64,000 nucleotides of DNA from Acidobacteriota bacterium (GTDB lineage Bacteria; Acidobacteriota; UBA6911; RPQK01; CBDAPI01), in contig CBDFLV010000006.1 in NCBI GenBank assembly GCA_965249245.1, forward strand, positions 1,927,628 to 1,991,627, in the 5' to 3' direction. A program made the translations under genes and the position numbers. Below are positions 48,190-57,834 of this stretch, piece after piece (position 1 is the first letter of the stretch; every line of letters begins with the position of its first letter). The notes under the pieces were generated by a model that searched no databases, was not told where the DNA came from, and was given only the letters and a program-made list of their open reading frames with translations.

Positions 48190-49812
48190 ATGAGAACAGG
48201 GCGGCTCACTTATGAGTGTCTGATTTTGATGGTCTCGATCGTGATGATCCAGGCTCAGGAAACTCCCCGATCGATTCCCAAAGCCCCGGATCGAAGCGAG
48301 GGGATGGGACCCTATCCCGGGTTGATCCTGAGAGGAGTTACCCTGATCGACGGGAGCGGATCGCCCCCGATCGGCCCGGTGGACATTGTCATCAAGAACA
48401 ATCGAATCGAACACATCAAGAGCGTGGGTAACCCGGGGCTTCCCATCAATGAAGAAGTCAGGCCCAAAGCCGAAACAGGCTTTCATGAGTTGGATCTGGA
48501 TGGGCACTACGTCCTCCCGGGCTTCGTGGACATGCACGCTCACATCGGAGGTCAGGCCCAGGGAACGCCGGCCGAGTACGTCTACAAGCTGTGGATGGCC
48601 CATGGCGTCACCACGATCCGGGACCCCCGGTGCGGAAACGGCCTGGACTGGGTTCTCGAGCAGAAGCAGCGCAGTGCCAACAATGAGATCACAGCCCCGC
48701 GGATCGAAGCCTATGTGTGGTTCGGGCAGGGAGCCGAAGAGCCGATCTCAACTGCCGAACAGGCCGCCCAGTGGGCCTCTGAGGCGGCCGCGCGAGGAGC
48801 CGACGGATTCAAGCTCAGCTCCTATCGACCCGACATCATGAAGGCCATCATTGATCAGGCTAAGAAGGCCGGTATCGGGACTGCGGCCCATCTGGCCCAG
48901 CTCAGAGTGGCCTGGATGAATACGATCAAGGCCGCGCGCCTGGGTCTGACTACTCAGGAGCACTGGTACGGCCTGCCCGAATCGCTGTTTACCGATCGGA
49001 CCATCCAGGATTTCCGACTCGACTACAACTACAACAACGAGCAACACCGCTTCGGCGAGGCGGGCCGCCTCTGGAAACAGGCTGCACCCAGGGGCAGTGA
49101 CCAGTGGAACTCTCTGATCGGCGAGTTGCTGGAGCTGGATTTCACTTTTGTCCCGACCCTGACCATTTATGAGGCCAGCCGGGACCTGATGCGGGCTCGC
49201 ACGGCGGAATGGCATGAGACCTACACTTTGCCTTCGCTGTGGGAGTTCTACCGTCCCAACCGGAGATCACACGGCTCCTACTGGTTCTATTGGACTACTG
49301 AAGACGAAGTGGCCTGGAAGCAGAACTACCGCATCTGGATGAGTTTTCTGAACGACTACAAAAACCGGGGTGGGCGAGTGGCCACCGGTTCCGATTCTGG
49401 ATTCATGTACAAGCTCTACGGATTCGGGTACATCCGCGAACTCGAACTCCTTCAAGAGGCGGGATTCCACCCTCTGGAGGTGATCCGGTCCGCCACCCTG
49501 GCAGGCTCCGAGGCTCTGGGTCGCAGCCATGAGATTGGAACCGTGGAGGCCGGGAAACTGGCCGACCTGGTGGTCGTCGCTGAGAACCCGCTGCAGAATC
49601 TGAAGGTGCTCTACGGGACCGGTGCCATCCAGGTAAACGAGAAAAACCAGCCGGTCCGCGTGGGGGGTGTTCGCTACACTATCAAGGACGGGATCGTATA
49701 CGACGCCAAAAAACTGCTGTCAGACGTCGCCCGAATCGTCCGGGAAGCGAAGCAGGAAGCAGGAACAGAGATTGTCCAACCCGGGCTGGCACCTGTGGTG
49801 GAAAGGAACTAG
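48190..49812 (+). CDS. Amidohydrolase-family protein
   Basis: PGFVDMHAH, GVTTIRD, GSDSG, GTVEAGKLADLVV. Confidence 0.9.
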   Translation: MRTGRLTYECLILMVSIVMIQAQETPRSIPKAPDRSEGMGPYPGLILRGVTLIDGSGSPPIGPVDIVIKNNRIEHIKSVGNPGLPINEEVRPKAETGFHELDLDGHYVLPGFVDMHAHIGGQAQGTPAEYVYKLWMAHGVTTIRDPRCGNGLDWVLEQKQRSANNEITAPRIEAYVWFGQGAEEPISTAEQAAQWASEAAARGADGFKLSSYRPDIMKAIIDQAKKAGIGTAAHLAQLRVAWMNTIKAARLGLTTQEHWYGLPESLFTDRTIQDFRLDYNYNNEQHRFGEAGRLWKQAAPRGSDQWNSLIGELLELDFTFVPTLTIYEASRDLMRARTAEWHETYTLPSLWEFYRPNRRSHGSYWFYWTTEDEVAWKQNYRIWMSFLNDYKNRGGRVATGSDSGFMYKLYGFGYIRELELLQEAGFHPLEVIRSATLAGSEALGRSHEIGTVEAGKLADLVVVAENPLQNLKVLYGTGAIQVNEKNQPVRVGGVRYTIKDGIVYDAKKLLSDVARIVREAKQEAGTEIVQPGLAPVVERN

Positions 49813-49817
49813 CCCTC

Positions 49818-50618
49818 ATGTACACCGTCGACCTGTCGGGAAGAAACGGCATCGTGTTCGGAGTCGCCAATCGAAGATCGATTGCCTGGGCCATCGCTGA
49901 CAAGCTCAATCAGGCCGGTGCCCGCATGCTCTTCAGCTACCAGGGTGAGCGGCTGCTCGGAACACTCGAAACGCTCACCTCAGGTTTCATCGACCCCGTG
50001 CTGGTGGAGTGCGACGTGACTGAAGATTCGCAGCTTGATCACGTCTTCGATGTCGCCAGGCAAGAGATGGGCTCGCTGGATTTCGTCGTTCATTCGATCG
50101 CGTTTGCCCCCAAAGAGACCTTCCTGGAGCCCTTTTCCAATGTTTCCCGGGAAGACTGGAAGCAGACCATGGATGTGTCGGCCTACTCCCTGGTTGCCAT
50201 CGGCCGCCGGGCTCGAGAACTCATGAACGAAGGGGGTAGCATCATTACTCTGACCTTTCTGGCCGCCCAGCGAGTCGTTCCCGGCTACAACATGATGGGA
50301 ATCGCCAAGGCGGCACTGGAGGCCTCGGCACGATTCCTGGCCTTCGAACTGGGACCGCGGGGAATCCGGGTCAACGCCATCAGCGCCGGACCTCTGCGTA
50401 CCGTTGCAGCACGCAGTATTCCAGGTTTCGGCACGACTGCCTCGAGGGCCAGCTCGGTGGCAATGTTGCGACGGAATATCCAGCAACAGGAAGTGGGCGG
50501 GCTGGCCCTTGCTCTGATCAGCGACGAGCTGGGCGGCGGCATCACTGGTGAAACCATCTACGTCGACGCCGGCTACCATGCTATGGGAATGATTCTCAAC
50601 CCGGACGACACAAGTTGA
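49818..50618 (+). CDS. fabI: Enoyl-ACP reductase
   Basis: GVANRRSIAW, HSIAFAP, YNMMGIAKAALE, VNAISAGP. Confidence 0.92.
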   Translation: MYTVDLSGRNGIVFGVANRRSIAWAIADKLNQAGARMLFSYQGERLLGTLETLTSGFIDPVLVECDVTEDSQLDHVFDVARQEMGSLDFVVHSIAFAPKETFLEPFSNVSREDWKQTMDVSAYSLVAIGRRARELMNEGGSIITLTFLAAQRVVPGYNMMGIAKAALEASARFLAFELGPRGIRVNAISAGPLRTVAARSIPGFGTTASRASSVAMLRRNIQQQEVGGLALALISDELGGGITGETIYVDAGYHAMGMILNPDDTS

Positions 50619-51124
50619 GAGATCGCAAGCCGGGAGGACTCTTACCCTCCCCTCCCCATCGCGAACCCGAGGTGATTCTGTTCACGGACGGCGCCTGCAG
50701 CGGCAACCCGGGTCCAGGGGGATGGGCCTATATTCTCCGCCTTCTGGGTACGGACGCGAACAAAGAGGAATCTGGCGCTGACCCCACAACGACCAACAAC
50801 CAGATGGAGTTGATGGCGGTGATCCAGGGCCTGAAAGTGCTCAAGCGGCCTACCGTGGTCAAGGTCGTGACCGACAGCTCCTACGTCGAAAAAGGCATCT
50901 CCGAATGGATGCATCGGTGGAAGAACAACCACTGGCGGCGAAAAACGTCGAGCGGGTACAAATCGGTCAAGAACCTCGAGCTGTGGCAGGAGCTGGACCG
51001 GCTCGACCAGTTCCACACGATCGTCCTGGAACGCGTGAAGGGTCACGCCGGACACCCGGAGAACGAACGCTGTGACGAACTCGCCGTGGCGGCTTATAGG
51101 GAACTGATGGGTCAGGGTAGTTGA
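50615..51124 (+). CDS. rnhA: Ribonuclease HI
   Basis: TDGACSGNPGPGG, TTNNQMEL, TDS, VKN.ELW, VKGHAGHPENERCD. Confidence 0.95.
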   Translation: MRDRKPGGLLPSPPHREPEVILFTDGACSGNPGPGGWAYILRLLGTDANKEESGADPTTTNNQMELMAVIQGLKVLKRPTVVKVVTDSSYVEKGISEWMHRWKNNHWRRKTSSGYKSVKNLELWQELDRLDQFHTIVLERVKGHAGHPENERCDELAVAAYRELMGQGS

Positions 51125-51196
51125 AGGTTGAAGGTTGAAGGTCCGGGAACCTGAAACCGGTAACCAGTAACCAGTAACCGCGAGCCCAGCGAGCGC

Positions 51197-51913
51197 CTAG
51201 AGTTCCTTGATCCGGATATTGCGGAACCGGGCCTTGTTCCCTTCGATCCAGCCTCCGCCCGGGTGAACCTGCACGGCGATGTAGCCTTCTGTGGGATTCC
51301 CTTTGGTGGTCTCCTCCGTGTGCTGGAAATCAGTGACCAGATGCCCGTTCAAGCGGAACTTAATGTGTGCCGGTTCGCCTTGGATCCGGATCTCGACGTC
51401 CTGCCACTCACTCGAGGTGAAATGCTCCATCCCTTCGGGGCTCTCCATCACCCCGCCCTGGGTCCAGGGGAGGTAAATAGCCCCGATCTGGCCTCCTTCC
51501 CGGTTGTCCAGGGTCACCTGATGGCTTCTTCCCGTCTCCCCCACCCGTAGAAAGATCCCACTGTCTACCGGGTAGTCAATGTTGACCTCCAGCTTGAGAA
51601 GATAGTCGCGGTACTTTTGAGTCGTGATCAAAAGGCCGCCCCTTCCGGGCGGATCCTGGTCTCCGGCAATGGCGCCGTCAATCACTTGCCAGCGACCACC
51701 GATATTATCCTCAGGCAGCCCATCGTGCCGTTTCCAGCCGTCCAGGGTCTTGCCATCGAAAATCGATTCAAAACCCTCCTCCCAGAGTTCTACGGGGGGG
51801 CTCGTTTCCCGGTGCGATACCTCGGCTGTGCAACTGAAAAAGATCGCCGCAAAGATCACCAGACAGAAGATCGTGCTCAGATTCTCTAGTCTTGAAGTCG
51901 AATACATGCACAA
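51197..51913 (-). CDS. DUF1080 (3-keto-disaccharide hydrolase-like) lipoprotein
   Basis: IFDGKTLDGW, DSGIFLR, GYIAVQVH..FRNIRIKEL. Lipobox-like FSC. Confidence 0.88.
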   Translation of the reverse strand: MCMYSTSRLENLSTIFCLVIFAAIFFSCTAEVSHRETSPPVELWEEGFESIFDGKTLDGWKRHDGLPEDNIGGRWQVIDGAIAGDQDPPGRGGLLITTQKYRDYLLKLEVNIDYPVDSGIFLRVGETGRSHQVTLDNREGGQIGAIYLPWTQGGVMESPEGMEHFTSSEWQDVEIRIQGEPAHIKFRLNGHLVTDFQHTEETTKGNPTEGYIAVQVHPGGGWIEGNKARFRNIRIKEL

Positions 51914-52152
51914 TAAATTAGTCGAAGCTATATCCCTTTGTCGACATCAAATCTGGAATGTGGGAGGCGCCTGTGGCGGCGACTGCAGTCGTGAACTTAC
52001 AGGCTCGGCGGTCGCGGCCCGAGGCCCCTCCCACTCTCATGGACACGCGCCGTGGAAACGTGCCAACGCGGACCGCGAACGCGGGTTGCCCTCAACCGGG
52101 CCATCGCATAACATCCGTCTCGGACTTCACTATTCAGTGGGAGGAGGCAGTC

Positions 52153-53106
52153 GTGTCCACTAAACTCAATCGCCGGCAGATTCTCATCTCTTCCGCAGTT
52201 GCACTTTCCGGGGCCTACTGTGGCCGGTCCGAGCAGGCCGATGAAACTGCTGCTCCGGCTCCGGTGCCCGCTGAGAGGTCGAGTGGAGGGCCTTTGACCA
52301 TTAAGAAGTCGCTCAAGTTCGGCATGTTTCGGGAAGAGGGACTTTCGATCCAGGAGAAGTTCGAGATCCTCAAGGAGGTCGGCTTCGACGGAGTCGAACT
52401 GGACAGCCCCGCCGATCTGGACCGGGATGAAGTCATCGCAGCACGGGACGGCACCGGCCTGGAGATTCCGGGAGTGATCTCTTCACTCCACTGGAAGAAA
52501 CCTCTTTCCGACCCCGACACAGCAGTCAGAAACGAGGGTCGGAGCGGCCTGGAGGGCGCCCTCCGGGACGCGGCTCTTTACGGTGCCACGACCGTTCTGC
52601 TGGTTCCCGCAGTCGTCAACAAAGAGGTTCAATACGACCAGGCCTGGGCTCGTTCCCAGGCCGAGATTCGCAAAGCCGTGCCCGTGGCACGCGAGGTCGG
52701 CGTCAAGATTGCCATCGAGAATGTCTGGAACAGTTTTCTGTTCAGTCCACTCGAGATGGCTCGCTATATCGACGAACTCAACGATCCCCTGGTGGGAGCC
52801 TACTTCGATGTCGGCAACGTCGTGAACTTTGGCTGGCCCGAGCAGTGGATCCGTATCCTGGGCTCGCGAATCATGAAGCTCGACATCAAGGAGTACAGCC
52901 GGGAAAAGAGAGACCAGGAGGGTCCCTATGCCGGCTTCCGAGTCCCGCTGGGAGAAGGGGATTGCGATTGGCCGGCAGTCGTGAGTGCCCTGGAGGAGAC
53001 TGGCTACAGTGGAGGATGGGGATCTGCGGAGGTCAAGGGTGGAGATCGTGAGCGCTTGAAGGAGATCTCTGAGCGAATGGACAGGATCCTTCCAACCCTG
53101 CACTAA
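52153..53106 (+). CDS. Tat-exported sugar phosphate isomerase/epimerase
   Basis: GGAGG then GTG 52153, LNRRQIL Tat motif, GFDGVE, IENVWN, YFDVGN, DIKEYS. Confidence 0.88.
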   Translation: MSTKLNRRQILISSAVALSGAYCGRSEQADETAAPAPVPAERSSGGPLTIKKSLKFGMFREEGLSIQEKFEILKEVGFDGVELDSPADLDRDEVIAARDGTGLEIPGVISSLHWKKPLSDPDTAVRNEGRSGLEGALRDAALYGATTVLLVPAVVNKEVQYDQAWARSQAEIRKAVPVAREVGVKIAIENVWNSFLFSPLEMARYIDELNDPLVGAYFDVGNVVNFGWPEQWIRILGSRIMKLDIKEYSREKRDQEGPYAGFRVPLGEGDCDWPAVVSALEETGYSGGWGSAEVKGGDRERLKEISERMDRILPTLH

Positions 53107-53229
53107 CCCGATCTCCGATTCACCATGAAGCTGCTCAAGGTTTCGGCTGCTGGGGTTCCTGGAATCCGAAACTCTGGCCCCTTCGGGCTGCTGATTCGGC
53201 TGTTATTGAAAAGGGGCGTTGCCCTGCGG

Positions 53230-53517
53230 GTCCCGGATGATCGAAAGCCCGCACCGGGGAGACATGTGAGCGCTTACCCCAGCCTGGCCGAAACGCTGGT
53301 CAGTGTTTTTGATTCACAGATATCAGGGGGTAAGCGCTACGACCTTGCAACAAAGGGGCGCCGCCAGGCGAACGCGACTTACCTTGACGCCCACAAAACT
53401 GATCAAGCCAAGCAACTTTCGCTGGCCCTGGACCTGACGCCCCTCATCGAGAATGAACAGCTGGACCGCTTCCGGGCAGACGTCCTGGGACAGATCCGCA
53501 AGCTGCAATCGACTTAG
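53230..53517 (+). pseudogene. C-terminal remnant of a PIG-L/LmbE-type deacetylase
   Basis: VFDSQISGGKRYDLATKGRRQANATY..H.TD...LALDLTPL. No HxDD catalytic N-terminal part. Confidence 0.6.
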
Positions 53518-53652
53518 TTCAGTACCAGAAACATGAAGGAGAGACGTGGGATTGCTTAGTCTGGGACCGGGAGTGATGTTTAAGGCAACACTTCAACGAA
53601 CCGAGGAAACGCAGTGACTAAAGTGAACAAACGTGGAACTTGGAATTGACCC

Positions 53653-53810
53653 ATGAAAGAGGCTGTGACCCGCGCCGTGGAAGGACCGGTTTCGGCTTCC
53701 CTACCAGCCTCAGCCCTCCAGCTCCATCCCCGCGTCAGGATCTTCCTGGATGAGGAAGCCGCCTCGGGCCTGAAGAACGCAGATTACTACCGCTGGATTC
53801 AAGCCGATGT
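53653..53810 (+). pseudogene. nagB: C-terminal remnant of glucosamine-6-phosphate deaminase
   Basis: K.AV..AVEGPVSAS.PASALQLHP....LDEEAASGL..ADYY, with no N-terminal domain. Confidence 0.75.
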
Positions 53811-54189
53811 CGAAAGAACACTACCAATCAAGAAAACTACAGAGGCAGGAACGACAGTGACTGCGCAGCAGCGCGGAAGCTGCTGGGGAAAGGTGACAAC
53901 CAGCAAGAGCTCATTGCAAGAACTCCAGTGACTGCGCAGCAACGCTTTTCTGGGTTGTGGGTTTTGGAGTGCCTGAAAAGTGGGAGGCGCCTTGGCGCGG
54001 CGACCTGCAATCGTGAACGTGACGACCCGGCGGTCGCGGCCTGAGGCTCCTCCCGCACTGGCCCCGTACCCACTCTGGGATTTCGGATTACTTGGAACGT
54101 TGGAACTCAAAGCCAAGGAGCTCTCCAGCGCAGCCCCATCGGGAACCATGTCGGCTCTCCCTCACTTGAGACAGAGGGAAATCAAGCGA

Positions 54190-54993
54190 CTACACGCTCC
54201 ACAGCGTTTTTTTCCTGTCGTAGAAAAGGAAGGAGCCATAGCCGACCACCCGGTCTCTGGACCCGCCTGTGTCGCCCGAGTTGCGGAGATCGACCTCCTT
54301 GACTTCCATTCCGCGCCTTTTTGCGGTCTCCAACAGCCCTCGGATCGGAATCGCTCCACAGGCATCTTCAGGAGCAATCCGCTCGGACTCAAGTGTCTGG
54401 ATCGCTCTTGAGGTCGCCCGATCCAACCGGCCGGCCGTCTCGTAGTTGTGATAGTGGCTCAAATCACTGCTGATGACCAGAACCGTGGAGTCGTCGCCCC
54501 ACAAAGCGTCCAGCACTTCTGAGACCTCTCCACAGCTGGCCCGGCTGATGAGAAGTGGGGTCACCGCAAAGTCGCCAAGGATCGTTTGCAGAAAAGGAAG
54601 ATGAACCTCCAGGCTGTGCTCCCGGTCATAGACGTGATCTCGTACACTCACCTGACTGAAGCGGAGGGCGGTCTCGACACCTTCCGGATCAACCGACACG
54701 CTTCCGACAGGCGTCATCAGAGCGTCTGCGTCGGGAAGAGCCAGGCCGGAGAAAGAGAACCAGTGGAAAGGCCCCACCAGAATCACCCTGGAGATGATCG
54801 AGCTAACGTCCTGAAGCGAGGCGTATGCGGTGGCGGCCACCGGGCCCGAGTAGATGTAACCGGCGTGGGGAGCAATCAGAGCCTTGGGAGGTGCAGGAAC
54901 GTCCTCAACACCGTCCAGAAGGCGCCCCACCATAACCGCCAGATCGCTCGCATCGCCAGGATAGAAGCTTCCCGCAACGGCCGGGCTTCGCAC
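54190..54993 (-). CDS. amrB: AmmeMemoRadiSam system protein B (Memo-like)
   Basis: R.PAVAGSFYP, PHAGYIYSG, EHSLEVHLPFLQ, SSDLSHY, CG, NSGD...VVGY. Confidence 0.92.
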   Translation of the reverse strand: MRSPAVAGSFYPGDASDLAVMVGRLLDGVEDVPAPPKALIAPHAGYIYSGPVAATAYASLQDVSSIISRVILVGPFHWFSFSGLALPDADALMTPVGSVSVDPEGVETALRFSQVSVRDHVYDREHSLEVHLPFLQTILGDFAVTPLLISRASCGEVSEVLDALWGDDSTVLVISSDLSHYHNYETAGRLDRATSRAIQTLESERIAPEDACGAIPIRGLLETAKRRGMEVKEVDLRNSGDTGGSRDRVVGYGSFLFYDRKKTLWSV

Positions 54994-55101
54994 CTTCCCG
55001 ATGAGATACCTCCTTCTCTCAGGGACAGTTGAAATCTGCTAAAGTCTAACCATACGACGATTTACCTTTCCTGGCAATCGGGAAAGAGATGGAAAATTGA
55101 G

Positions 55102-56202
55102 ATGGCTCAAAACCTCATCGAAGAGAGTCCCTCCACGGTCCCTGTCGGGTTCTGGCATCGCCTCTCGGATGGCCGGATTCAGTGCGATCTCTGCCCACGC
55201 TTTTGCAGACTTCGCGAGGGCCAGCGAGGCCTGTGTTTCGTCAGAGGGCGACTCAACGACGAGATGGTTCTGACCACCTACGGCCGCTCCAGCGGGTTCT
55301 GCATCGACCCTATCGAGAAAAAGCCCCTCAATCATTTTCTGCCGGGAACGCCGGTTCTCTCCTTCGGAACAGCAGGCTGCAATCTGGCCTGCAAGTTCTG
55401 CCAGAACTGGGATATCAGCAAGTCCCGCGAAATTGACACATTGGCAGATCAGGCATCCCCGGAGAAAATTGCCCGGATTGCCCAGGAAACCGGCTGCCGG
55501 AGTGTGGCGTTCACCTACAATGATCCGGTCATCTTCCTGGAATACGCCGTCGACGTGGCTCAGGCCTGTCATGAGAGGGGGATCAAGACCGTGGCCGTGA
55601 CAGCCGGCTATATCTGTGCCGAACCCAGAGCGCAGTTCTTCCGGCACATGGACGCGGCAAACGTCGATCTGAAGGCCTTCTCAGAACGGTTCTACAGTTC
55701 GATCACGAGCGGTCATCTGGACCCCGTCCTGGAAACGCTGGTCTATCTGCAATCAGAAACAGATGTGTGGTTCGAAATCACAACCCTTCTCATTCCCGGA
55801 GAGAATGACTCGGATGCAGAAATCGAGGAGCTCAGCCAGTGGGTTTTGAAGCATGTCGGACCGGACGTGCCAATCCACTTCACCGCGTTTCATCCCGACT
55901 GGAAAATGCTGGATAAGTCACCCACGCCCTTTCAGACTCTCGAGCGGGCTCGCCAGATTGCCCTCAAGAACGGAGTTCGCTACTGCTACACGGGAAATGT
56001 CCACGACCAAGGTGGTCAGAGCACTTACTGCCACCAGTGCGGTCAGTCCTTGATCGAGCGCAACTGGTATGTCCTGGGGAACTGGAACCTGACTCTGGAC
56101 GGCTCCTGCCAGGAGTGCGGAGCTCCCTGTGCCGGTGTCTTCGACGGCCTTCCGGGTAGCTGGGGATCCCGGCGGAAGCCGGTCAGACTGAATGCCATGT
56201 GA
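55102..56202 (+). CDS. amrS: AmmeMemoRadiSam system radical SAM enzyme
   Basis: CDLCPRFC, DPIEKKPLNHF, GCNLACKFCQNW, FTYNDP, YTGNV. Confidence 0.93.
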   Translation: MAQNLIEESPSTVPVGFWHRLSDGRIQCDLCPRFCRLREGQRGLCFVRGRLNDEMVLTTYGRSSGFCIDPIEKKPLNHFLPGTPVLSFGTAGCNLACKFCQNWDISKSREIDTLADQASPEKIARIAQETGCRSVAFTYNDPVIFLEYAVDVAQACHERGIKTVAVTAGYICAEPRAQFFRHMDAANVDLKAFSERFYSSITSGHLDPVLETLVYLQSETDVWFEITTLLIPGENDSDAEIEELSQWVLKHVGPDVPIHFTAFHPDWKMLDKSPTPFQTLERARQIALKNGVRYCYTGNVHDQGGQSTYCHQCGQSLIERNWYVLGNWNLTLDGSCQECGAPCAGVFDGLPGSWGSRRKPVRLNAM

Positions 56203-57449
56203 CCACCTTGTCGATTCAAGTCCCCTCCCTTCCCCTGGCTGCTTTGGTCGTTTTACTGGCCCAGCAGAGCTTACTCCAGACCGGTCACACTGAATACGAG
56301 TTTCCGGGGTCTGGCTGGCGCGTGTGGGAGAGCCGGAAAGAGGCTGAAGAGAGCTCTGTCTACTCGATGTTCATAAAGGCCGAAGTCGAGACCTCCGTTC
56401 CTGAGACAAGCCTTCACATCACCTGCACAGGAAGGCTCCTGGACGTCTTCGCGCGGACCTCGGCTACGGTTCTTTCCGAGCCCAGTGAACGGTATCAGCA
56501 GAACCTGGTCGCGGTGCGCCTGCGCCACTACGATGAATCCGTCACCAAGAGTTACCTGTTTACGCCACTCGAGGATAACCACGGCTTTTACTTGTACAAG
56601 TCGTTGGTACCCCTGGATGGCGCCACGCAGGGTATCGAAAGACTCCTGGGCCATCCAAGAACCAGGATGGAATTCGAAGAGAAGGGGGGGACGACAGTGA
56701 CGGCGTTCTTCGATCTGGGCGCAATGGCGGATCTTTATTCGAGTCTCCGTCAAGCCTGCCGGTCGGGCCGCCCCATGGGAAGTCTTGAATCCCGCCTCGT
56801 CGCTCTAGGGAGCCAGCCGGAACCTGGAGTCGGCGAAGAAACGGATGCAGGCGCCCCGGATCAGCAGGATCTGCCCCTGCCGCCCCCGATCCAGCCGGAA
56901 TCGACATCGGCAGGCTCCCCCTCCGCGGCAACGGTCTCGATTTTCGGACTCGCCATGGGTCTCGGACTGGAAGAAATCGAACGGCGCATCGAGGGACGGC
57001 CCGTCCCGGTACAGGAACAGCCGGAACTTTATCTTCTACCCCGCGTCCCGATTCCAAACCCCGACTTCGAATTCTATCTAGGGCTGATTCCGGCAGAAAC
57101 AGGCCTTCGCGAAGTGAGAGCCGTGGGGCAGGCGATTCACTCAGATCCCGGTGGAACGGCAATCCGGCATGCGTTTCACAACAATGTGGCAATGCTCCAC
57201 AAGCTGTTCGGTTCGTACGCCCTGGTGGACACCAATGCGGCCGGCCCCGAAGTCGGGGCGGCCCACTGGATGACCAGGCTGCACAGGGGCGAAACTCGAC
57301 TGCTTGCCGAGTGGTCCCGACCCAAAAACTCCCGCCTGGGCAACGATCTCGAAAAGATACTTCTGACGGTTCGGGCTGAAAGCGAGGTCACGGCCCGTCT
57401 GATCCTGCAGGTCACGTTTTCGAACTTCACGGCCGGACGGCGGCCGTAG
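56199..57449 (+). CDS. Hypothetical exported two-domain protein
   Basis: 416 aa ORF coupled to amrS, with an N-terminal hydrophobic stretch and a Pro-rich linker. Confidence 0.6.
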   Translation: MTTLSIQVPSLPLAALVVLLAQQSLLQTGHTEYEFPGSGWRVWESRKEAEESSVYSMFIKAEVETSVPETSLHITCTGRLLDVFARTSATVLSEPSERYQQNLVAVRLRHYDESVTKSYLFTPLEDNHGFYLYKSLVPLDGATQGIERLLGHPRTRMEFEEKGGTTVTAFFDLGAMADLYSSLRQACRSGRPMGSLESRLVALGSQPEPGVGEETDAGAPDQQDLPLPPPIQPESTSAGSPSAATVSIFGLAMGLGLEEIERRIEGRPVPVQEQPELYLLPRVPIPNPDFEFYLGLIPAETGLREVRAVGQAIHSDPGGTAIRHAFHNNVAMLHKLFGSYALVDTNAAGPEVGAAHWMTRLHRGETRLLAEWSRPKNSRLGNDLEKILLTVRAESEVTARLILQVTFSNFTAGRRP

Positions 57450-57473
57450 GTTCTGGGTTCTGATTTCGCTGGA

Positions 57474-57770
57474 GAGATCCGATCGGACCACGGAGGGTCC
57501 GCCTACGCTGCTTCGCGTTCCAAGGTTCCAAGTTCCAACGTTCCAGGTGTTGGATCTGACCGGATGGCGAAGTGTAGGAGCCGCTTCCACGCGGCGATCC
57601 GATCGAACTTTCAACCTTCAACCTTCAACTTACAACCTCACAGCGATCCGATCGGACCACGGAGGTTCCTCCTACACTGGAATGCCACGGGTCGGCGAAG
57701 TGTAGGAGCCGCTTCCACGCGGCGATCTGATCGAACTTTCAACCTTCAACTTTCAACCTGCAACCTCACA
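57474..57770. repeat. REP/heptamer mosaic with a duplicated unit of about 128 bp
   Basis: Repeated GATCGGACCACGGAGG..CCTAC, GTAGGAGCCGCTTCCACGCGGCGATC and TTCAACC runs between convergent genes. Confidence 0.85.
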
Positions 57771-57834
57771 ACGATCCTCTCTTTCTGGCTTGCGAAGGCG
57801 CGAAGCATGCCTGGAGCCAGGGAGGAGCTTCCGG

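Noticed and set aside
51958-52152. N-terminal extension of the epimerase ORF, and of murA from 60636 and the symporter from 33520
   Set aside because: The extensions run through a REP or the upstream gene; better starts with RBS or coupling exist at 52153, 60951 and 33667.
57474-57770. Possible CRISPR array
   Set aside because: The repeats are REP and heptamer units, the intervening sequences are themselves repeated, and no cas genes are present.
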